Shown one piece after another: positions 12,323 through 24,264 of a stretch of 64,000 nt of DNA. Where the stretch lies: positions 138,074,001-138,138,000 of the forward strand of contig NC_043000.1 of NCBI RefSeq assembly GCF_006345805.1, in the 5' to 3' direction. A program made the translations under genes and the position numbers. The stretch comes from Octopus sinensis (lineage: Eukaryota). The notes under the pieces are model-generated. The model was given only the letters and a program-made list of their open reading frames with translations. It searched no databases and was not told the DNA's origin. Each line of letters starts with the position of its first letter. The first letter of the stretch is position 1.

Positions 12323-12589
12323 TTCCACTATGAGATTACCTATAAAACTTTGCCTACTCAATGCAAAAAGGACACTGAAATCAAACAATGCATTCATGAA
12401 GATGTGGATGGATATTCGTGTTCTGATACGACTTTTTTTACTCCGATGGCTATCCGTTGGTATGATTCAAATGGAGATAGATTTTGTGGTATTATTTCTG
12501 AAAACTTCCGTGATCATCACCATGATTACTATAAACCTCAAAGCACAAATACGGATTTCCTTCAAGATTCTCTCCCATTTCTACATTGA
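12323..12589 (+). CDS. Candidate terminal exon with cystatin/cathelin-like cysteine pattern
   Basis: ctAG|TTC phase-0 acceptor; 88 open codons FHYEITYKTLPTQCKKDTEIKQC..C SDTTFFTPM..RFC; C-x8-C-x9-C-x21-C. Confidence 0.45.
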   Translation, partial: FHYEITYKTLPTQCKKDTEIKQCIHEDVDGYSCSDTTFFTPMAIRWYDSNGDRFCGIISENFRDHHHDYYKPQSTNTDFLQDSLPFLH

Positions 12590-12799
12590 CTCAGGCCTTA
12601 GAGAACAACATGAAAGTAATTGATCCTTTTCATGCTTTCTCTAGATCAAGCAAGATATCATATTTCAAGTCTACGTGATAGTCATATTGCTTGAAAATAG
12701 AGAAAATTCTGCGTTTTAACGAAACTTTGTGTCCGTCGCTGGCACATGAATGTGATGCAGTTTATCGTTATCAATGTTTTTTTCTTTAAATCTTTACAG

Positions 12800-12867
12800 A
12801 TGATACCAACGTTTGTCTCACGATAATGAAAATGCTCTATCACAAAAACAAAGAATGCTTCGTACCG
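12800..12867 (+). CDS. Candidate internal exon, unknown product
   Basis: Strong acceptor tttttttctttaaatctttacAG, open frame (D)DTNVCLTIMKMLYHKNKECFVP, GTAACG donor. Confidence 0.25.
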
Positions 12868-12898
12868 GTAACGTTTTCAAGCAAACATTTAGAATATA

Positions 12899-13100
12899 TT
12901 ACGGAGATGTACTTGCATAGCAAGTGACCTGATTTGAGACCGTGTGCTGGAACGAAAACAATTGCAGAGTGGAAGTTTTTTATAAGCCATTTAAGAAACA
13001 CACAAAATCCGTTAGATTCACTTCAACATTTAAATTTAATTTGTCAAAATATGTTCGTCGCTTTGAGACCGCGACCTGTTCACTGACAAAATTCTGTGAT
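12899..13100 (-). mobile_element. Short dispersed repeat carrying a hammerhead-like motif (probably Penelope-derived)
   Basis: Second copy at 63580-63720. Confidence 0.7.
13039..13092 (-). ncRNA. Variant type I hammerhead-like ribozyme with G3-C8 core (mutated at 15.1)
   Basis: UUUGUCA GUGAACA G GUCGC-GGUCUCAAA-GCGAC GAA C AUAUU U UGACAAA: 7-bp stem I, 5-bp stem II. Confidence 0.55.
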
Positions 13101-13779
13101 GCAGCTCTATTGTATTTTGATTATAGCTTATGGGCAATTAGATGTTTTGAAAATGACTGGAAGCTATCTCTTGCAAAAGTGTCATCAAACTTACGCCCGT
13201 AAAAAGGAATCAAAATTAAGATGCATATGTAGATCTTCATTAAAATTTGTGGGTATTTCAAGACTTCTTTCAACGAGGTTCTAAACTATTTAATGCTTTT
13301 AATCTGTGTTTTTACAATTCTAAGTAGATGAGGACATTCTGAATTTCAGGATGTTATCTACATGAAACACGTATACAAGTTTTGTTTGAGATTACAGTTG
13401 ATGATCATTAATCCGAAACATTTTGAATTATATTTGAAGTACTGATATTAAAGGATTTACGATGATGATGTAACAAACGCCGTATATTATATAGAAAGTA
13501 ATTATAACTGATTGCATATCATATGAAACCAACAACACCAAATTTGTTAAGAGAAGATTAAAAGCAAACGTTAAAGCCATTTGAATATTGTCCTTGCAAA
13601 CAGGCACTCATAGTCTCTTAGGAAGTAGATGCTTCCTACAGGACTCATCATTGTCCAGTTGGGCTAAATCTGAAATTCAGCTAATTTCTTTCAATATTAT
13701 AGCAGGAACTAAACTTAGGGAGTGACATACTATTTGTCAGGCAAAGATGACTTTACAAACACACGCGTGTACGCACGCA

Positions 13780-13812
<33 letters not shown>

Positions 13813-13842
13813 TTTGTTTGTTTTTTTTTTTTTTGTTTTTCC

Positions 13843-14048
13843 AGTTTCAGCTCTTGAGCTGTGGCCATGCTGGGGCACCGCCATTGTGGTGAAAGAGTAC
13901 AGCAGGGATCACCACCCCCTGCCGGAGCCTCGTAGAGCTTTTAGGTGTTTTCGCTCAATAAACACACACAACGCCCAGTCTGAGAATCGAAACCGCGATC
14001 CTGCGACCGCGAGTCCGCTGCCCTAACCACTAGGCCATTGCGCCTCTA
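13843..14048 (-). mobile_element. Chimeric SINE: family C head joined to a family A-type tail
   Basis: Head matches 32540-32718; tail ggcggtgccccagcatggccacagctcaagagctgaaac resembles family A tail. Confidence 0.7.
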
Positions 14049-14079
<31 letters not shown>

Positions 14080-15047
14080 AAATAGTCCGCAAATATAAAA
14101 CTCATTTCCTAGCATGCCTTCTACGCCTATTTTAATTCTATTTTATTTGATATTGATTCATTAATATTCTGGGATTGTCCCTTATTTTTCTTAACAGAAA
14201 ATGACCAATGAACAAATTATGAACATTCTCCTCACTAAGGTTGTAACTTTACTTATACTTTATTACCATTAGGTTTCTTGCAATGTATCCCTCGTTAATT
14301 TCTCCTAGTCTTTACAACTGCTCTTCACATATTTTCTTATAGAATTATACAGTCCGCTATCATCCGCTCATGTCAAATCATCCGAACACTCTAAATCAAT
14401 TCCAACAGTCACTTAGAATTCCATCAATTTTCTCATATGAAACAAATAATAGATATAATAACAAATATTGTATCCTACGATAATCTATGATCTATCTTAT
14501 CTAGTTTAATGATATTTCGTGTCTAGGTTCAAAGCACGTTACATTTAACTTTGCCAATCGTCTCTTGAAAGTGACAATATAATTAAATTATTGATAATAT
14601 AAATTCCAATAACATACTTGTGTTAAATGACATTCATAAATGGAAAAATATATATATTACAATACTGGATACGGGGTTAATTTGGAGTAAACCTAAGTTG
14701 TAATCAAGTTTTGATTTTCAATGACTGACACGTAATCTATATCGTCGAGGTATTTAGAAAAATATCAATATATTGACTTCCTATTAGTCATTCTCATAAA
14801 TCCTGGATTGAATCGTTAGAGTGTCAGACAAAATATTTTACAGCATTTGTTTCAATTCTTAACGTTCTGAGATCAAATCAAGCCAAAAAGAAATTTACCT
14901 TTAATCTTTAGTGAGTCGATAAAATAATATGGCAGTCGATACCTAATTTCATACAATTACCTGCCCAAGTTCACAACAATTTCAAGCCTTGTATTTATGT
15001 TTGGAACAATTATTACTCTTTCCATTTCTATTATATTTATTATTATG

Positions 15048-15475
15048 CTGAGCTGGTAGAATCGTTAACACGCCGGTCGAAATGCTTAGCAGTATTTCGT
15101 CTGTCTTTATGCTCTGAGTTCAAATTCCACCGAGGTCGACTTTGCCTTTAATCCTTTCGGGGTCGATAAATTAAATACCAGTTACGTACTGGGGTCGATG
15201 TAATCGACTTAATCCCTTTGTCTGTCCTTGTTTGTCCCCTCTATGTTTAGCCCCTTGTGGGCAATAAAGAAATAAGAAACGTTAGTACGCCGGGCGACAT
15301 GCTTAGCAGTATTTCATCTGTCTTTGCATTCTGAGTTCAAATTCCGCCGAGGTCTACTTTGCCTTTCATCTTTTCGGGATCGATAAATTAAGTACCATTT
15401 GCGTACTGGAGTCGATCTAATCGACTGGTTCCTTCCCCAAACATTTCGGACCTTGTGTCTAGAGTAGAAAAGAAT
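15048..15475 (+). mobile_element. SINE family B tandem dimer
   Basis: Tail aaagaaataag joined to aaacgttagtacgccgggcg. Confidence 0.85.
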
Positions 15476-15664
15476 ACCATGCATGACTGCAATGCGTGTT
15501 ACATTTTGAGAGTAATATAAAAACTTTGTCATTTGATTCTTCACGAAAATGTGATTTAGATCATTGTAATGGTGAGTCTCGGAGTAATTACAGCAATTAA
15601 TGATAGCATATTGCTTTAAAAACTTTCTTCGATCTTTTTTCCTTTCATCTAATAGTTTTTATCT

Positions 15665-15925
15665 CCGTCTGTCCTTGTTTGACCCTTCTATGTTTAGCCC
15701 CTTGTAGGCAATACAGAAATAAGTATTTCGCCCTTCTTTATGGTCTGATTTCAAACTCCGCCGAGATCGACTTTGCCTTTCATCCTATCATGGTCGATGA
15801 AATAAGTAGCATTTGAGTACAGGTGTCGAAGTAATCGACTTACTCCCTTCCACGAAATTGCTGACCTGTGCCAAAATTTGAAGTCAATATATATCTTGCT
15901 TTCACATTCTCAGTTCAAATTCTAC
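15665..15925 (+). mobile_element. Degenerate SINE family B multimer fragment
   Basis: Tail followed by tatttcg..gactttgcctttcatcc body. Confidence 0.7.
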
Positions 15926-16364
15926 CAGGACTCATGTCAACGATATCCCACACCGACACATGTGGACTTGTGTTTGTGCCTCAAATTATAACTGTTGTTG
16001 TGGCAGTGGAGATTCATACAAGGAAAAGGACTTATAATCGATAGAACTTACACCACACCATCAAATGTATAATTTTCAAAATATTTTAAAAGATTCAAAT
16101 GGCTACACCTTAAAACTTTATAATCTACCATTCATTAGCTATTTTTCTGTTGTGCGTTATTGACATACTAGTAACATTAAAAATTTACTGTGAAAACTAA
16201 CCCTCCGTACCATCACCAAGCTTTCTTATACCATGTCTCCACACTTGCTAAAGAATGCATTAAATGTTCAGCGTAGTCCTGCCATGATATAGAAGTCCAG
16301 GAATAAATGACATAGGGAAACTGACTCTTGGATGCATTGTTATACAAATATTTATTTTCAATTT

Positions 16365-16560
16365 TGAGCACAAGGCCAGTAACTTTCGTTGTAGAGAGGA
16401 GTCGATACATCCGTCCCAGTGCTCGACTGATACTTATCTTATCGAGCCCAAAAAGATGAAAGTGTAAGCCAACCTCGGTAGCATTTTGTTTATGAACGTA
16501 AAGCCGGACGAAACGCTGCTAAGCTTTTCTCCGGCGTGCTAATGCGTTTACCAGCTCGTT
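16365..16560 (-). mobile_element. SINE family B (old copy)
   Basis: Reverse-complement similarity to family B. Confidence 0.7.
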
Positions 16561-16800
16561 ACGAGGTTTTAAATAACACACCCGATTAAAACAACTTCGG
16601 TGTTGAGTCAAAATGTTAAATGAACTAATTGGTGAAAACAAAGAACGATAAAAAATCAATACTAAGGTAATATAAGTAATGCGATCACTAAGATCAGCTA
16701 AAACCCTTGTATCTGGGTCCCCAGTATGGCTGCATTTCAATGAGTGAAACCAGTATAAGTACAAAAGAATATTCTGTATAAAAGAATATTCTGCTACCAT

Positions 16801-17160
16801 AGGCGCAGGAGTGGCTGTGTGGTAGGTAGCTTGCCTACCAACGACGTGGTTCAGGGTTCAGTCCCACTGCGTGGCACCTTGGGCAAGTGTCTTTTACTAT
16901 AGCCTCGGGCCAACCAAAGCCTTGTGAGTGGATTTGGTAGACAGAAACTGAAAGAAGCCCGTCGTATATATGTATATATGTGTGTGTATATGCTTGACAA
17001 CCGATGCTGGTATGCTTACGTCCCCGTAACTTAGCGGTTCGGCAAAAGAGACCGATAGAATAAGTACTAGGCTTGCAAAGAATAAGTCTCTTGGTCGATT
17101 TGCTCCACTAGAGGTGGTGCTCCAGCATGGCCACAGTCAAATGACTGAAACAAGTAAAGA
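16801..17160 (+). mobile_element. SINE family A, near full length
   Basis: ggcgcaggagtggctgtgtgg head, internal TA/TG tract, aaatgactgaaacaagtaaag tail. Confidence 0.9.
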
Positions 17161-18230
17161 GCATATCATAACTGAACGGATCAACTATATATTATTAATA
17201 GATATATGTTAAGAAAAACATTCAGTAACGAGCCTCCTGTGTGTCAGTATTAGTCACTTCAAGTAACGGCGGACCATTTGTTTGGTCACCCAACTTGCTA
17301 AAAAAGTAGCCATGTTTTCTTTAAATGGAACCCCGTCGTCTTTGGAAATGAATGAATACATTAGATAATGAAGTCTTAAATACCCCTAAAATAATGTAAT
17401 GAACGCAACATCATTGCACATAGGGCTTTGAGTCCAACAACCAATAACAACCATATTTTCTTTTCTACAGGATTTCTCATATGTCCACGCTGAGATTTTG
17501 TTTAAATAGAATTTCAAACCTTACATAAAATTGTTGCATTTCTATTATCTGCATAGCTAATGCATGTGTCATGTGCCGTATTTGTAAAATAATAGTATTA
17601 TACCGTCTCGATGTAAGTATTTACGTCCTTAATCAAATTTACATTTTACATTTAGATGTGTTGGGATACATATTCAAATCTTTTCAACATCGAGGCTTAC
17701 TGTTGGTCCTCACAGAATAATTGAAATATTATGAAATAATTTCACTAAATAGCTCACATCTTTCATCTAGTAGCTAAACTCAACTAAAGAAACTATCATT
17801 TTGATGATAAATGAAGCATTCTTTTATTGTATGACATTTGGAGTCTTGACAAGTCATAATTGGTACCTGAAGGTTATTTCTATTCTATAGACAATTTGCA
17901 AATGACTACGTGTTTGTTCTGGTCATGAATTAAGTCCATATATCAAAATAACATATTATGGCTTTTATTTGAAAATATATTTCAAATGGCCATTTGTAAA
18001 GGTGAACTACTGTATAATCATATTCGGCTACCATCTTTACTGTATGGTAAGTTCATAAAAATTTGAAGACTATATACTGTTGTAGTATTAATGAGATAGA
18101 AAGTTTGAGTGCAAATGCAAAATAGTTGCTACTATTTTGTTCAATTCAAATTTACATATGAAACTAAAGTATTATAGTACCAAATAATAACTGTTGAATT
18201 TGTTTAAATTTGAAAATACATACATACATC

Positions 18231-18277
<47 letters not shown>

Positions 18278-18375
18278 GTGGTTTGGGAGGAAGATATTAT
18301 CCGAGCGGATGTCGTATTAGCACTCAGATAATTTCAAGTTAACAGCTAACCATAACGATCAGGATCTGACATCTG

Positions 18376-18530
18376 TCATCATCATCATCATCATCATCAT
18401 CATTATCGTTTAGCGTCCGCTTTCCATGCTAGCATGGGTTGGACGGTTCAACTGGGGTCTGGGAAGCCAGAAGGCTGCACCAGGCCCAGTTTGATCTGGC
18501 AATGTTTCTACGGCCGGATGACTCCCCTTC
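18376..18530 (-). mobile_element. RTE 3' fragment
   Basis: (CAT)n then cgtttagcgtccgctttccatgctagcatgggttggacgg. Confidence 0.85.
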
Positions 18531-18677
18531 ACAAATACTGAGAGGACACAGATAGTGTGTCTATAGCCAGCTGGAGGAGATATATTCCTGGGGCTACAAA
18601 CTACAGTAGCATCCGCCCTTATGGGTTAGCCATATTCAAATGGCAAATATGCGTCACGATATATATATATATATAAT

Positions 18678-19075
18678 AGGTGCAGGATTGGCTGTGTGGT
18701 AAGTAGCTTGCATACCAGCCACATGGTTCCGGGTTGGTTTTACTACGTGGCATCTTGGGCAAGTGTCTTCTACTATAGCCTGGGGCTGACCGAAGCCTTG
18801 TGAGTGGATTTGGTAGACGGGAACTGGAAAAATCCCATCGTATATATATATATATATATATAATATATATATATATGTTTATGTGTCTGTTTGTGCACCA
18901 TCACTTGACAATCGGTGTTGGTGTATTTACGTGCCAGTAACTTAGAGGTTCGGCAATAGAGACCGATATAATAAGTACTAGGATTACAAAGAATAAGTCC
19001 TGGGGTCGATTTGTTCGCCTAAAGGCGGTGCTCCAGCATGGCCGCAGTCAAATGACTGAAACAAATAAAAGAATA
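18678..19075 (+). mobile_element. SINE family A
   Basis: Full head-to-tail match to family A. Confidence 0.9.
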
Positions 19076-20454
19076 TATACATATATATATAAAGTAAAAA
19101 GTAAAAGAGTCAAAAGGAAGAGTAGGTACGGTTAGGCAGCTTTTTAAACGCTACAAATATTTCAATACATACAGATCTTCGTATATACAGGATTTAAAGT
19201 TGAGTTTAAATTCTTTTGAAATAAGTCTAGAATGTAGGGTTTGCAGTTCACAGAGAGTAAAATAGTTTCAACCATTGAATTGGATGTTTAAATAATAATT
19301 ATCATTACGATAAGAATAGCAAAGAATTAAGTATAACTTCCACTGATGCCAAAACCATTTCATTTGACTCATATTAATATACTTCGAAAATATCTTAACA
19401 GCTTATATTCCTAAAAAGCCTCTAGTTTTATGAAATTGAAAATGCTCACCGTTTTTAGTTCCTTATAAGCCTATAGGTTTCCTAAGTTCCTGTGCATTCC
19501 ACATTCTTCAATACTGTGCCCCTGCCAGTGCACAAGACTGTAAAGCTTCTAATGATCCCTCAAAAACACACAAAAATCTTACAAACTATACATTGAAAAA
19601 TAAATTGCTTACATAAAAACAATATGTACTAAATATGATTCCTGGAAAATAATTCATGTCTGTTAATTTACTGTTTTATATGATTTGGTTTTCGCTCACT
19701 TAAACACTAACATAAATACGCATCTGTTTTATAACATATATATATATAATACAAGCCGAAAATAATTCCGATGTTACATCTAGACAGCAATTTACAATCT
19801 GAAATAAGACGAAAAGAAATTGTATGAAATAATAGACACCAACATATTTGTGCTTTTTAACGTTAATGGGATTTTAATGGAGAAACATTTACAGAAATAT
19901 TATACTGAGAAAGTTTTTAATTATTTTTCCTAAAATAGAAGAGTAAATTCTAAAAGAAAAACTGAACTTACATAATGGTATTCAATTATTCCTTAGAATA
20001 ATTTAGAAAGGATCATGGTTCTTGGCAAATTGTCATCATTACGGGAATATTAGAAAATATAACAAATACATTATATATATACAAAAAGAGTGGCTGGTAT
20101 ATATATAGATAATGTTCACATATTTATTTGCTCACAAGATGACACAAGTATCTGTAAAATTATGTATACAGTCATATATGTGCGTGTGTAATTTACGCGT
20201 GTGTTCGTGGTATACATGTATATATATTTGTTGTGTGCGAGTAAATGTGTGTGTAAGTAAAAGCATTTATGTATACATGCAACCATAGATAATTGTACTC
20301 ATGCGTAGGGGAAAGAAAGTGGATGAGGATGCATTCGCGCGCACACAGACACACAGAGGCGCGCGAGCACACGCACATACGCTCATATATATTCATGTAT
20401 TCATGTGATATTATGTATGTGCATGGAGAGCGTTCGCGACAATGCACAAATTCT

Positions 20455-20490
<36 letters not shown>

Positions 20491-20706
20491 TCGAAAATAT
20501 TTATCAGAAATCTTGGGCCAAAACATTTTCTATTTTGAAAGTATTCCGTTTGCAATAATTAAGGGAGAAATCAATCGTGCATACTACTCTCATATTTTAA
20601 TTACATGTCGGTCTCAGAGCATTTGACAATAATCTTGAAAAATCGACATCAAAGAACAAATAATCAAAATGCTAATACATATATACATACATCGATACAC
20701 AACACG

Positions 20707-20747
<41 letters not shown>

Positions 20748-20772
20748 GTATATATATATATACTTACATATA

Positions 20773-21000
20773 TTTCTTTACTACCCACAAGGGGTTAAAC
20801 ACAGAGAGGACAAACAAGGACAGACAAACGGGTTAAGTCGATTACATCGACCCCAGTGCGTAACTGGTACTTAATTTATCGACCCCGAAAGGATGAAAGG
20901 CAAAGTCGACCTCGGCGGAATTTGAACTCAGAACTTAACGGTAGACGAAATACGGCTACGCATTTCGCCCGGCGTGCTAACGTTTCTGCCAGCTCGCCAC
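20773..21000 (-). mobile_element. SINE family B monomer
   Basis: Near-consensus reverse complement. Confidence 0.9.
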
Positions 21001-21353
21001 CTTCAATATATACTTATATATATGATTCAGGCATGTATCTGCGTGTGTGTGTATATATATATATATGTGTGTGTTTGTGTGTGTGTATATGTGTATACGT
21101 ATGTATGTATTATGTACGAACGTACATATGTATGTATGCATGTATGTATATGCATACATACAGCCATATGTAATTACAGTACAGAAACAAATTTCTACTC
21201 GTCTTTGTCAGATTCTCGAGTAATAGCGCGGGATGCTAATTAAAAAAGGTAATTTGCTCTGATACTTAGATCAAAATTTAGTCAATAGAACAAATATCTC
21301 TTCAAGAAATTCGTGCAACTACTGATGCCACGCAATCCCACTTTTAACTGGAG

Positions 21354-21450
21354 GGTTTTCTTACGAAGCCAAGATTGGTGGCAATAATTATAGACGACAT
21401 TTTCAAGAATGTGCTACACCTAAAGGAAAACTAAACGCGGAAGAAAGAAG
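21354..21450 (+). CDS. Candidate exon, unknown product
   Basis: Consensus donor AAG|GTAAGT at 21451; open frame GFSYEAKIGGNNYRRHFQECATPKGKLNAEER; weak acceptor. Confidence 0.25.
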
Positions 21451-21733
21451 GTAAGTGAAAGAATGATGTACTATTTACGAAGCTTGATCACTAAACAAGT
21501 GCAGAGAGTAGCAGAACAGAAATAGTAAAATCAAAATCAGCATAATGAGCGAATGCTAGCTGCAGGTTTCAACTTTCAATGAATCATTAGATAAAACGTG
21601 AATATATCGGAACACTTTTAATCACAATTGGATTTTCAAATTCGTTTAAACATGCGCCATATGCATGCACACAAAGACAAGCTCACGTTGGCGCTCTCTC
21701 ACACCTACATTACTGTGTGTATGTACGTATGTC

Positions 21734-22020
21734 CAGGGCCGGATTAAGACCCATAGGGGCCCAAAGCACTTAAAAGATTTTGGTGCCCCCATGTATATAA
21801 GTAATTCAAAATATAACCATGAAATAAAGTTATAGTTTTCAAAATAAAACAAAACTAACAGTAAGATGGAAAATAATGTTTATTTTTGTATACTTCCACT
21901 TTATTTATACTTGAAATGCTTTCTCTTCTTCAATTGCAAAGCTTTTGATCAGATCCTCAAAGTTAATCTTATGTAACACATCCGCTTCTAAACTTTGTAG
22001 AGATAAGACAACCTAAATAT
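21734..22020 (-). mobile_element. hAT transposon 3' end
   Basis: CAGGGCCGGATTAAG terminus; minus-strand LSLQSLEADVLHKINFEDLIKSFAI resembles the hAT C-terminal dimerisation region. Confidence 0.75.
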
Positions 22021-22394
22021 TATTTTAACAAGTTTAAAGTGATTTCTTTTGTGTCGTAAACCATTTATTATTTCTTCGATGCCTCCCTGTCGCTTGATAT
22101 TCTGAGAACGTGCTTATTTTGTTTAATGGCCAATCCATTACTGAGTGTGTCTGTATATACAAACGCGCGGAAGAAAATACTCTACTCAAAAACAACGAGT
22201 CATAATATATTATTAAAGGGTAAAAATAAACAAATCACTCATCTGAAGATTCCTTGTCGATATTCGAATGATTATTGAAATAAAAACAGCAGGTTATGAA
22301 TTTATACAGAGACACTCAATAGAATAAGGAAATCTAATATGTTGAATATTATAAGGGGAAATATAAAATTCCAAAATATTCTATTCTACTATAG

Positions 22395-22962
22395 GCACTA
22401 GGCCCGAAATTATTGGGGAGGGATCCAGTCGATTAGATCAACCTTAGTACGCAACTGGTACTTAATTTATTGACCCCGAAAGGATGAAAGACAAAGTCGA
22501 CCTCGGCGGAATTTGAACTCAGAACGTAAAGACAGACCAAATACCTATTTCTTTACTACCCACAAGGGGCTAAACACAGAGAGGAGAAACAAGGACAGAC
22601 AAACGGATAAAGTCGATTATATCGACCCCAGGGCGTAACTGGTACTTAATTTATCGACCCCGAAAGGATGAATGACAAAGTCGACCTCGGCGGAATTTGA
22701 ACTCAGAACGTAAAGACAGACGAAATACATATTTTTCTACTACCCACAAGGGGCTAAACACAAAGAGGAGAAACAAGGACAAACAAACGGATTAAATCGA
22801 TTATATCGACCCACAGGCGTAACTGGTACTTAATTTATCAACCCCGAAAGGATGAAAGGCAAAGTCGACCTCAGCGGAATTTGAACTCAGAACCTAACGG
22901 CAGACGAAATATGGCTACGCATTACGCCTGGCGTGCTAACAATTCTACCAGCTCGCCGCCTT
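22395..22962 (-). mobile_element. SINE family B tandem trimer (~184-bp units)
   Basis: Repeated junction cagacgaaatac|ctatttctttactaccc at ~22545 and ~22728. Confidence 0.9.
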
Positions 22963-23075
22963 AAAATTCCAAAATATTATTACCCAGTGTCGACCTGTCT
23001 TTACAAATGTAAATTGTGAATTACTGCATTTCTAAAGTGAACAAGTGTAAGCTGTTTCTTTAATGACAGTCATAT

Positions 23076-23480
23076 AGGCGCAGGAGTGACTGTGTGGTAA
23101 GTAGCTTGCTTACCAACCACATGGTTCCGGGTTCAGTCCCACTGTTTGGCACCTTGGGCAAGTGTCTTCTACTATAGCCTCGGGCCGACCAAAGCCTTGT
23201 GAGTGGAGTTGGTAGACGGAAACTGAAAGAAGCCTGTCGTATATATGTATATATATATATATGCGTGTGTGTGTCTGTGTTTGTCCCCCTAACATTGCTT
23301 GACAACCCATGCTGGTGTGTTTACGTCCCCGTAACTTAGCGGTTCGGCAAAAGAGACCGATAGAATAAGTACTGGGCTTACAAAAGAATAAGTCCCGGGG
23401 TCGAGTTGCTCGATTAAAGGCGGTGCTCCAGCATGGCCGCAGTCAAAATGACTGAAACAAGTAAAAGAGTAAAGAGATAT
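23076..23480 (+). mobile_element. SINE family A
   Basis: Full-length match. Confidence 0.9.
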
Positions 23481-23770
23481 AAAAAGAAAAATGAAATCAA
23501 AATAGTTACTCAACACACTCAACACACAATCATATAATGTAAATAATAATAAATTATGTAAATAATAATAAATTAGATTTTAAGTCATTGCATTTGACGA
23601 AATACATTCCCCTTCTGAATACCAGTTACGGAACATCTACGATTTAGTAGGCATTTAACAGTATGACATAGCTATAACCTCTGCATAAGTTGGAAAAATC
23701 AAACTTATTTAAGATGTTTAAATCATATAAAAGGACATGTAACGTCATTAATTTATTAGTTTACCCGTAT

Positions 23771-24264
23771 CTAGCAGTATCGCCCGGTGTTGCTCGGGTT
23801 TGTAAGGGAAATAACTATATAAGCATTTTTAGAGAGTTATAGCCAAAAATTAGCAAAAAATGCATTAAAAATGGAAAAAAAATGATGGTAATTTTTTTTT
23901 TAAATCGTTGACTCATCGTAGACATTTTTAGAGAGTTACTTCCCTTATATAATAGCGAAAAAATGCATTAAAATGGAAAAAATGATGGTAATTTTTTTTT
24001 TAAATCGTTGACTCATCGTAGACATTTTTAGAGAGTTACTTCCCTTATATAATAGCGAAAAAATGCATTAAAATGGAAAAAATGATGGTAATTTTTTTTT
24101 TAAATCGTAGACTCATCGTAGACGCGCGCTAATACCCAGAAGGGCTCGATATGAATCACGACTATAAGATACCCGGTTTTGGTTAAACTGCACCGCAAAA
24201 TGTGGGAGTAGTTAGGAATCTAAATCATAGGAGACAGACACACAACCTTACTTTTATATATAAA
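23771..24264 (-). mobile_element. Helitron H1 with expanded internal tandem subrepeat
   Basis: CTAG and hairpin terminus; tttttagagagtta..gactcatcgtagac unit repeated three times. Confidence 0.85.

Noticed and set aside
22395-22962. CRISPR-like or satellite array
   Set aside because: Units are whole ~184-bp SINE bodies without unique spacers, in eukaryotic DNA.
23060-23310. Recurrent ORFs MSSNVRGTNTDT.. and MRNWYLIYRP.. resembling a gene family
   Set aside because: They are frames of SINE families A and B, repeated because the SINEs are.
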